Of a DNA stretch of 44,269 nucleotides, positions 9,694 through 17,840 are shown in pieces. The position numbers and the translations under genes are program-made. The stretch's first letter is position 1; every line of letters starts with the position of its first letter. The notes under the pieces are model-generated. The model saw only the letters and a list, made by a program, of their open reading frames with translations, made no database searches and was not told the DNA's origin. Location of the stretch: the sequence record DRR723986_1308; one strand, given 5' to 3'.

Positions 9694-10653
9694 TCAAGTG
9701 GATTTCGCAATCTGATCGAGGTGTTTTCTTGCCCGGACGATTTCCGCTGTCACCTCGTCGGTTGTCGGCAGGATTGGAATGCCGCGAGGAAACGGATGCA
9801 TGAAGATGGACGTCCAACCCGAATAGTTGATCTTACTGAGTGCTTTTATCAAGGGCTTGAAATCTAGCGATCCGCGGCCTGGCATCTGCAAAAGTTCGTC
9901 TTGCTTACTCATCTTGGACATGCAACCTCGACCATGCTGCCACGCATAGAAGACGCCAATGGAATCACCGAGTTGTTCGATCAGTGAGCCGATGTCACTT
10001 GGTACTTGTGGCAAATGGTAAGGTGCAAGTGCGATTCGAAGCGGCAAGTCGCGTGCTGCGTCAGCGAGCCATCTCAGGCCGTCGGCCGATTCGATCAGGT
10101 TGTTTGCATGATTTTCAATCGCAACGTGAATGCCAAGCCGTTCCGCTTTCACCAGGTGCGGCCGCATCTTGCCGACAAACTTGTTTACTTCTCCCTTAAG
10201 CTCGGTGCCTTTCAGTCCCTTGGGGCCCTTTGCTCCGGTGACGATGACCCGGCATCCAAATCGGTGCGCGACATCGAACTCGCTGTCCAACCCAAACGGT
10301 CCAAGCTTATACTGGGTGATGCAACCAATCGTTGTATCGTGGTCGTCTAGCAGTGTCTGCACAGCTTCATGCCCCAAGGTATCCATCTGCTCCCGTTGGC
10401 TGCCATGCACTTTGGGCCAAACGTCAATCGCTGACGCGCCGGTCTTGGCCACCTCACCGAGAATTTCATCCAGAGGTTGATAACCGTACATGCAACTGCT
10501 CAGCATGTATTTGAGCTTGAAAGAACTGCTAGGAGTCGTTTCCTGAGTTGGTTGCGAATCCGATGCCACAGACTGTGATTTCGCACCTGCCATGAGCGGG
10601 ATGGACGCGATCGTCCCAAGTTGCATTACGGCGCGGCGGCGACTAGTTTTCAT
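9694..10653 (-). CDS. Sugar phosphate isomerase/epimerase (xylose-isomerase-like TIM barrel), probably Tat-exported
   Basis: SRRRAV Tat-like signal; AIENH, APYHL, QMPGRGSLDF and YSGW motifs. Confidence 0.85.
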   Translation of the reverse strand: MKTSRRRAVMQLGTIASIPLMAGAKSQSVASDSQPTQETTPSSSFKLKYMLSSCMYGYQPLDEILGEVAKTGASAIDVWPKVHGSQREQMDTLGHEAVQTLLDDHDTTIGCITQYKLGPFGLDSEFDVAHRFGCRVIVTGAKGPKGLKGTELKGEVNKFVGKMRPHLVKAERLGIHVAIENHANNLIESADGLRWLADAARDLPLRIALAPYHLPQVPSDIGSLIEQLGDSIGVFYAWQHGRGCMSKMSKQDELLQMPGRGSLDFKPLIKALSKINYSGWTSIFMHPFPRGIPILPTTDEVTAEIVRARKHLDQIAKST

Positions 10654-10939
10654 TGCGATCCTCGGCGACATACTGCGTAAACGTCTCGTCTTACCTGTGA
10701 CTTTTCAGTGCATCGCCAGCAGTTGGTGCGACTTGCTAACGGAAGGCTTCCATTGATACTGGTGGCCGATTGCACCGGCTTCTAAGTGTATTGGATTTAG
10801 GGGCCGAGATGCCGCTCCGGTGGAAAAATGAGCGGTGATCAGCCACAATACTGGTTGAAAAGCTGAATCAGCGTTCCGGAGCTATCGAAGCTCGAAACGT
10901 CGCCAAGCAGATACCGTTCAACCCGATTTAAGATTGTTG

Positions 10940-13228
10940 ATGTCTTTGATGAAAAACTACTTCCTGCCCACTCTCGTTTGCCTTGCAGTTGGCGCTTCGC
11001 TTTCCACTTCCCAGGGAAAGGCTGAAGATCTACTTGTTGAAGCAGAGAGTTTCGCCGACCGTGGTGGTTGGAAATTAGACACGCAATTCATTCACGAAAT
11101 GGGCTCGCCCTATTTACTAGCTCACGGACTCGGGCGTCCGGTCAGCGACGCAACGGCGAAGGTCAGCTTTCCAGCTAAGGGGACCTACAAGACTTTTGTG
11201 AGGACCAAAGACTGGGTTGCACGATGGAATGCACCTGGAACACCAGGGCGTTTCCAGCTCCTTGTCAACGACGAGCCGATGAGTGAGACGCTGGGGACGA
11301 CAGGTCAGCAGTGGCATTGGCAGTTCGCTGGCGAAGTTGAAATCACCGATACAGAAGCACAGCTCACACTGCATGACCTAACGGGCTTTGATGGACGTTG
11401 CGACGCAATCTACTTCACAACACAATCCGATGCTCCGCCCAATGTCTCTAAGCCGCTTGCGAGTTGGCGACGTGAAAAGCTTGGCTTGACCGAGACTCCC
11501 ATTGTGAAGGAAGGGTACGACCTAGTCGTTATCGGTGGCGGTTACGCCGGCATGGGAGCTGCCCTCAGCGCGGCTCGCATGGGCTGCAAAGTTGCTTTGA
11601 TTCAAGATCGCCCCGTTTTGGGCGGAAACGGTAGTAGTGAAGTCCGCGTGTGGGCCATGGGCAATATTCGGCGTGGGCGTTTTCCGCGTATTGGAGAAAT
11701 CATTGAAGAGTTTGCGGACAAGGCAACAAAATCACCAGGTCGGGCTGAAGAATTCGGTGACGATCTGAAGGAAGCGCTCGTCCGAGCAGAACCAAACATC
11801 GATTTGTATCTAAACCATCACGCTTTCAAAGCAACCGCAGCAGATGGTTCGGTCAAGAGTGTGACCGCATTCGACACACGGACAAGTCAGCACTACGAGT
11901 TCTTCGGAAAACTGTTTTGCGATTCGACCGGACATGGAACAATTGGTTTCCTTGCCGGTGCTGACTGGGATATGACCGAGAAAGATCGCATGGGCATGAG
12001 CAACATGTGGACTTGGGGTGAGGTCGACGATGCACCTGAGTTCCCCGAAACGCCTTGGGCTCTCGACCTGAAGATGGAGGATTTCCCGTACCCACGTGAC
12101 CACCACGGCCAATGGTTCTGGGAAAGTGGGTTCAACAAAGACGCAGTTGGAGACGCAGAGGGAATTCGTGACCACAACCTCAGAGCAGTATACGGTGCTT
12201 TCAACGCGATGAAGAATCGGGACGGTGCGGAGGAACACCGACGCGCAATCCTGACTTGGGTAGCGCACATCGGCGGCCCGCGTGAATCACGGCGTTTGCT
12301 AGGCGATGTAATTCTGACTCAAGATGACGTTGTCCAGAAACGTGACTTCCCCGATGGCTTTGTCCCCAGTACCTGGTCCATTGACTTGCACTACCCCAAA
12401 GAACAGTACGCCGACAAATTTCCGGACAATCCCTTCATTAGCAAGGCTGTGCATGACCGTCGCATCGATCGGCAGTACGGATACCCTGTCCCGTATCGTT
12501 GTTTCTACAGCAGAAATATCGACAACTTGTTCATGGCCGGGCGTGACATTAGTGTGACGCACGAAGCTCTCGGGACAACGCGGGTGATGAAAACGTGCGG
12601 AATGATGGGCGAAGTTGTCGGGCGAGCGGCAAGCATCTGCGTCAAGAACAATTGCTTGCCACGCGATGTCTACGAACAGCATTTGAGCGAACTGGTTGAA
12701 CTATTGCACCTCCCAGGAAAGGCGCGGCGGTTGACCGTGGATTCAGAGATCCAAATTCCAGACGACGCCATGGATCTCGCTGGTCCTCTGGGGCCAATAT
12801 CAGGACTTGAGCCAACTCGGCTGCCCGGCTTGGTTGTCGACGATACCGAAGCGAAGAAAGTCGGCAAGTGGCAAAGTGGTACTGGCCTTAAGGGCTTTGT
12901 CGGCTATGGCTACCTCTATTCATCTGATGCGGATGCGAGGATTGTGTTCACGGCAACGGCTCCCGAGTCCAAGAACTACTCAATCCGCGTCGGTTACCTG
13001 CCACATGAGAACCGTGCCGCTCGTGCAAAAATCGTGGTCAAGATCGGAGATCGCGAGAAGACCTATCGCGTGAACATGAAGACGGCTGCAGACTTTGACA
13101 ATAATTTCCACCAACTCACTACTGAGAAACTCACCAAAGGACAGGCCTGCCAGGTCACTATTCACGCGGGCGATGCCGGTGGGACGGTGCATGCCGATGC
13201 AATTCAGCTTGTACCAATTGACAAGTAA
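10940..13228 (+). CDS. Secreted FAD-dependent oxidoreductase with a C-terminal beta-sandwich domain
   Basis: Signal peptide; YDLVVIGGGYAG..AARMG; LGGNGSSE; RESRRLLG; PYRCFYSRNIDNLFMAGR. Exact start uncertain (10934-10949). Confidence 0.9.
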   Translation: MSLMKNYFLPTLVCLAVGASLSTSQGKAEDLLVEAESFADRGGWKLDTQFIHEMGSPYLLAHGLGRPVSDATAKVSFPAKGTYKTFVRTKDWVARWNAPGTPGRFQLLVNDEPMSETLGTTGQQWHWQFAGEVEITDTEAQLTLHDLTGFDGRCDAIYFTTQSDAPPNVSKPLASWRREKLGLTETPIVKEGYDLVVIGGGYAGMGAALSAARMGCKVALIQDRPVLGGNGSSEVRVWAMGNIRRGRFPRIGEIIEEFADKATKSPGRAEEFGDDLKEALVRAEPNIDLYLNHHAFKATAADGSVKSVTAFDTRTSQHYEFFGKLFCDSTGHGTIGFLAGADWDMTEKDRMGMSNMWTWGEVDDAPEFPETPWALDLKMEDFPYPRDHHGQWFWESGFNKDAVGDAEGIRDHNLRAVYGAFNAMKNRDGAEEHRRAILTWVAHIGGPRESRRLLGDVILTQDDVVQKRDFPDGFVPSTWSIDLHYPKEQYADKFPDNPFISKAVHDRRIDRQYGYPVPYRCFYSRNIDNLFMAGRDISVTHEALGTTRVMKTCGMMGEVVGRAASICVKNNCLPRDVYEQHLSELVELLHLPGKARRLTVDSEIQIPDDAMDLAGPLGPISGLEPTRLPGLVVDDTEAKKVGKWQSGTGLKGFVGYGYLYSSDADARIVFTATAPESKNYSIRVGYLPHENRAARAKIVVKIGDREKTYRVNMKTAADFDNNFHQLTTEKLTKGQACQVTIHAGDAGGTVHADAIQLVPIDK

Positions 13229-15201
13229 TGGGCGAAGATCGTTCACTACCGGTTCTTTCTAGTACCAGCAAAAACGATGGAAGCGACTTGCGTCCTGGCA
13301 GCGGTACCGCCAAACGCTCGCCGGTGGCACGCATCCATCCCGCAGTCTTGCTGGTAGTCCGGATCACGGTTTTGTTATCAATCGTGTGGTGCATTCGCAC
13401 TTTGCACACACGGGCCGTCATTGCGCGACTGAAGAGCATCCAAGACAATGATCTTCTGACAATTGTCAAAGAAGTGCTGCCGAACGCAGAGGTGCTTCAG
13501 GGCTCGTCGTCGAAGGGAAAGCCGGCCGCTCCAACAACGCCGTCAGCAGAATCAGCCGTAGAACGAGAACGAACTCTTGTATCTAGCGATTCTCGGGAGA
13601 CGCCCACGCGTGAAGTCCTTGATGCCAATGCGGTTGCGATCGGTTGGCTTACCAAGACGATGCCAACGTCACAGCAGACCATTGGTTTCTCTGGGCCCTC
13701 GGACATCGTTTTGGTTTTCGATACCGATGATCGATTGGTCCGGGCAGAGCTCTTGCATAGCGGCGATACGATCGAACACGTTCAACAAGTCCTAGATAGC
13801 GGCTTCCTTGAACAGTTCTACTCCCAAACGGCTGCTGAGATTGAGCAATCCGATGTGGATGGAGTATCCGGTGCAACGCTAACCAGTCTTGCCATGGCGG
13901 ATGCCATTCGTCAGACGCTACGCCGAAATCCCGTGGGCGAGGCGGATGACAGGCCAACGACGAATCGAAGTGCATCTTTGAAGTTTAGGCAGCCCCCTTC
14001 AATCGATGCTGTGTCAAAGCTGTTCGCGGCTGTTACCACAATCGAGCAGATCGATGAGTTTCGTTGGATTGCGAGGGACAGCAGTGGCAATGATCTGGGA
14101 ACGTTCCTGCGAACTGCCCCTGATGCGGACAACGTCATTGGTTACCAAGGGCCCAGCGATGTGTTGATCGAAATTGCGAGCGGCGATCGAGTTGGCAGGT
14201 TGGCGCTTGACTACAGCTACGACAACGAACCTTATGTTGACTACGTTCGCGACGACCGGGTATTTCCGAAGGAGTGGCAGGACAAGTCGCTCGAGGAGGC
14301 CATTGAGGTGAGCGAAGGCGTCGAGGGAGTCTCCGGTGCAACGATGACTAGCCTCGCGGTCAGCGACAGCGTGAAATTGACCCTAGAGACATATGCGGAG
14401 CAGCAAGAGCGTCTGGCCCAGGAAGACAAGCTGACCGACGAAACTCTTGCCCCGCAGCCTAATGATTCTCGTCCGGTGTGGAACACGGTCTGGCGTAACC
14501 GCTGGCGTCTCCTTTCTTGTGGGCTAATCGCGGTACTGCTGATTCGACATTTCAGCAAGAGTACCAAATCGCGACCCGTGTCACGTCATCGCGATACCGT
14601 CCTGCGATGGGCCGTTGTCACCATCTTCGGAGTGCTAAATGGTGACCTGCTTTCGATGGCACTCTTTATCGGCTGGTCGCAGAGTGGCCTTCCGACGCAA
14701 TCACATGTATGGCTTGCAGCTACTCCGTTGATGCTGATGGCGGGAATCGCTTTTATAGCGCCTGTCGCGAGTGGGAAGAACTTGTACTGCGCCCGCTACT
14801 GCGCACAGGGTGCCCTGCAGCAGCTTCTTCGACGGCAACGCTATCTACATGTGATACTGCCTCGCCGCATCCTGGACGCGCTTAGGTACTGCAGTCCGTT
14901 TCTTCTCGTTTTGGCTCTGCTGGTTCCAGTTCTGTCAATTTCGGTTAGCACTGTTAACCTCGAACCGTTTGATGCATGGCTTTGGCGTGTTTCGGGCTTC
15001 ATTCCGATTGTTATCTTTGGCGTCAGCATCCTCGCTTCGCTATGTGTGCCGATGGCCTACTGCCGTTTCGGTTGTCCGACAGGACGCCTCCTTGACCATG
15101 TTCGCTATAGTCGCGGGACGCGGTGGAATTCGCTTGACTCATTGTTGCTGGTCGTGCTGATCGTTGCAGCCGCGAAGTGCCTATTCGTCGCCGCAACCTA
15201 G
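13228..15201 (+). CDS. FMN-binding / 4Fe-4S membrane protein (NosR/NirI/RnfG-like)
   Basis: Two flavinylation motifs, DGVSGATLTS and EGVSGATMTS; TM helices; CxxxC motifs YCARYCAQG and YCRFGCPTG; TAATG coupling to the upstream gene. Confidence 0.88.
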   Translation: MGEDRSLPVLSSTSKNDGSDLRPGSGTAKRSPVARIHPAVLLVVRITVLLSIVWCIRTLHTRAVIARLKSIQDNDLLTIVKEVLPNAEVLQGSSSKGKPAAPTTPSAESAVERERTLVSSDSRETPTREVLDANAVAIGWLTKTMPTSQQTIGFSGPSDIVLVFDTDDRLVRAELLHSGDTIEHVQQVLDSGFLEQFYSQTAAEIEQSDVDGVSGATLTSLAMADAIRQTLRRNPVGEADDRPTTNRSASLKFRQPPSIDAVSKLFAAVTTIEQIDEFRWIARDSSGNDLGTFLRTAPDADNVIGYQGPSDVLIEIASGDRVGRLALDYSYDNEPYVDYVRDDRVFPKEWQDKSLEEAIEVSEGVEGVSGATMTSLAVSDSVKLTLETYAEQQERLAQEDKLTDETLAPQPNDSRPVWNTVWRNRWRLLSCGLIAVLLIRHFSKSTKSRPVSRHRDTVLRWAVVTIFGVLNGDLLSMALFIGWSQSGLPTQSHVWLAATPLMLMAGIAFIAPVASGKNLYCARYCAQGALQQLLRRQRYLHVILPRRILDALRYCSPFLLVLALLVPVLSISVSTVNLEPFDAWLWRVSGFIPIVIFGVSILASLCVPMAYCRFGCPTGRLLDHVRYSRGTRWNSLDSLLLVVLIVAAAKCLFVAAT

Positions 15202-15495
15202 GACTCGAACATTTGTTTGTTGTCAAAAAGCGCTGGCGCGTCGCATTCGATCAGCGGCAGGCGTGGATCACAAGCCCGAAAGCCAGCGGCTGAAAGGCGT
15301 TCGCGGTTCAAGGTGCAGAACGGGCTGGTGGGAATTTGGCGTACTGCCGGGCGAAAAATTTGCATCTCAGCGATACTGACGTAGATTTCAGATGGCGAAC
15401 ATTCGGCAAAATGCCCAGGCCGTAAATCAAGTGCTCGCGGCAGGAGAATTGTGGTCAAGGTGGGCTCCGTTAGGCAGCGAACCACAGAGGGTGCC

Positions 15496-16206
15496 ATGAT
15501 CGTTGATTCTATATCACGCGACGAAATGCTAGATGCAGTCCGCATCTACTGCACTCTTCACGGTTTACCCACTGATGAGGCTCGGATTGAACAACGCGTT
15601 TCTCGATTCCTTGCCAATGAGCCCGACGATTTAATCGATTTGGCAATCGTTGCCTATCAAGAGGATCGGATGGTCGCGCCGCCGGATATCGTGATCGATT
15701 GCTGGGGTAAGAGTCGCTACTATGTACTGCGAAACACCGGAGAAGACGGGCAATTCCGACATCAGGTCTTTGAGCCCTGGTTTGAGAATGACTGTTCGTT
15801 GGCGGGACTTCTGTCGGACGAAATTCTCGTTCACTTTTGGACGGACTTTGAACGACAACGCGAAGGGCTCTTGCCGGAACGCGGGCCTGCGTCAAAATCG
15901 ATTACGGAGTACTTGCATCGCGGATTGCGGCTACGTCTGCGGGCGTCGGATGGCAGCGAGCCAATCGAAGTTCACCACTGTGACGACGGCAAACTTGGGG
16001 AGTTGTCGGAGAAGATTAGCGATGAGATTCGCTTGATCAATGAGTCTGCAGAGATTCGCTACCTACCACTGGTAGACGCACTCTATGAACAAGACGATGT
16101 TCTGAAGTGCAAGCTGCTGGTTGCGTTAGCCGGCCCGGCACATACGGCGAGTGATATCGCCGCACATGCCGAGTCGGCTTTCTTCGCAAAGCGTGCCCAT
16201 TGTTGA
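15496..16206 (+). CDS. Hypothetical protein
   Basis: About 236 aa ORF with GAGG upstream of the ATG. No family recognised. Confidence 0.7.
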   Translation: MIVDSISRDEMLDAVRIYCTLHGLPTDEARIEQRVSRFLANEPDDLIDLAIVAYQEDRMVAPPDIVIDCWGKSRYYVLRNTGEDGQFRHQVFEPWFENDCSLAGLLSDEILVHFWTDFERQREGLLPERGPASKSITEYLHRGLRLRLRASDGSEPIEVHHCDDGKLGELSEKISDEIRLINESAEIRYLPLVDALYEQDDVLKCKLLVALAGPAHTASDIAAHAESAFFAKRAHC

Positions 16207-16239
16207 GCACACTAAAGTAGGTAGAGCTTGGTTGCATGC

Positions 16240-17280
16240 CCACGCTTGCGCTCCCTGCTCCGCGTGGCTTGCCTAGTCATACGATCGTGACAAACGCATC
16301 CTGCATTGTACAATCCTGCACTCCATTGCGTGACCAATCCCTTGGTCTTCAGCGGCCGTCTTGGCATCGCCGATTTTTTCGGTGGGTTGCTTCCCTGCCA
16401 TCCGATAGAGTCTGCATCCTACAGACTCAACAGCGATCCTTCGCCTGTGACCAATCCGTGGTGAAGAACGTTGCTTCGTGCAATGTTCTTGCCGCGTTCC
16501 CTCGCAGTAAGCCAATCCTTGGCATTTTCGCTGCGTCCCAGCAGCCTTTCCAGTCGCAAATCCCTTCGACTGGGGTTGCCGACGCGGCACTCGCGGCGAG
16601 GTTCGCCGCAAATGCCGTGTCCGCTGATTTCTCGCGGGCGAGTAAGCAACCTTGCTGACTCACCGGCGGAGCGTCTTGCTCCATTTGTAGTGCAGCGTCT
16701 TGCCACACTGTTTACTAGGCGTAGCTTCTTGCCATGCCGTTGTTTTCAGCGGGCATCTTGCCACGCTGTTTTCTTGACGTAGCATCTTGCCACGCCGCGT
16801 GTCCGGGGAAGCGTCCTGCTTCGCCGTTTGTTTCAGCGAAGCATCCTGCCTCACTGTTCTGTTGAGCGAAGCATCCTGCCTCACCACACTTTTTTGCGAA
16901 GCATCCTGCCTCACAAATTTTTCGGCGAAACATCTTGCTTCACCAAATTGCTTTGCAAAGCATCATGCTTTGCACTAGTTGCAAGCGAAGCGTCCTGCCT
17001 CACTTTCGCTTCCAGTAAAGCATCCTGCTTTACCGAATCTTTTTTGGGCGAAGCATCTTGCTGCACCCAGTTTCGCCGCTGGCGTCCTTGCCAAGAGATC
17101 CAATTCCCTTGTACCGGCGAATCGTGCTTTAGCTACATCACGCGGCATTGAATTTAGCGATCCATCGCCGACCAATCCTTGGTCCATTCGTTTGCGTCGC
17201 ATCCCGGCAACTTGTTGAGAGCTTGTCGCTCTCTTGACTGCTATCCCTTGCAGCCATGTCGGTGATGTTCTTGCCAAGCA
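16240..17280 (-). ncRNA. Candidate CsrB/RsmZ-like multi-GGA-hairpin sRNA (putative CsrA sponge)
   Basis: No credible ORF. About 34 GGA on minus versus 2 on plus, most in short hairpin loops, e.g. GACCA-AGGGAU-UGGUC, GCG-AAGGAU-CGC, GCG-AUGGAU-CGC, GCCA-AGGAU-UGGC. Boundaries are approximate. Confidence 0.6.
16666..17095 (-). repeat. Tandem array of about 15 palindromic 19-nt units with mostly 29-30 bp period
   Basis: Plus-strand consensus GCGAAGCATCYTGCYTCRC. Cores at 16671, 16695, 16724, 16753, 16782, 16811, 16841, 16871, 16901, 16930, 16960, 16990, 17020, 17053 and 17082, separated by variable ~10-11 nt linkers. Confidence 0.9.
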
Positions 17281-17287
17281 CGGGATT

Positions 17288-17315
17288 ACTATAGAGGGAT
17301 TTAACGATGAGCAAA
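17288..17315 (-). promoter_or_regulatory. Possible sigma70 promoter for the GGA-hairpin RNA
   Basis: TATAGT at 17293-17288 with a weak -35 (TTTGCT, 16 bp spacer), just upstream of the first GGA hairpin. Confidence 0.3.
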
Positions 17316-17456
17316 GCGAAATAAGTCGCAACGATTGCGTATTGCGGAAAGCCGTTGAAACCGCGTCAATTCTTGCGGGCCGCCGCAGTAAGGCACCGGT
17401 GCAGGGTGTTGACACGAGCGTGTCGTTTGACTAGAGAAATCTTTGCTAATACGCAA

Positions 17457-17798
17457 CTATGCGTCGTCAAGAATGTCGATCAGATCGTCGATCGAAAATG
17501 GTTTGGCTAGCAAAGCGTCGAAGTCTGCATAGGCCAAAGCATTCTCGCTTCGTGACGCGTGATCGCCGGTAACTGCAACAACGCGAGTTGTACTGCTGAT
17601 TTCTTTCACGCGTCGTAGCACTTCGAAACCATCAACGTCTGGCATGTTGATATCGGTAAAGACAATATCGTAGCTATCTATTTGATCCGTGTTCTCAGGC
17701 CAGTATTCCATACTGTCGACGTTGTGCCCAAGCGCTTCGACACCCATTCGAAGCGCCTCTCGGACCAATGGATCGTCATCAAAAACAGCAATGTTCAT
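17457..17798 (-). CDS. Single-domain CheY-like response regulator
   Basis: VFDDD, VFTDINMPDVDG, AVTG and KPF. Confidence 0.93.
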   Translation of the reverse strand: MNIAVFDDDPLVREALRMGVEALGHNVDSMEYWPENTDQIDSYDIVFTDINMPDVDGFEVLRRVKEISSTTRVVAVTGDHASRSENALAYADFDALLAKPFSIDDLIDILDDA

Positions 17799-17840
17799 GT
17801 GCAGCCTTAATCCAACGAGAGGCGAAACAGTGATGCCTGC

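Noticed and set aside
16666-17095. CRISPR array
   Set aside because: The repeats are only ~19 nt and degenerate, the linkers are ~10-11 nt and T-rich, and there are no cas genes in the window.
16666-17095. TIGR-type guide array or a coding repeat (ORFs 16660-16914, 16715-16933, 16787-16978)
   Set aside because: The period varies (24-33 bp, often 29) and breaks frame. I saw no box C/D-like dual-spacer layout and no recognisable Nop-domain gene adjacent.
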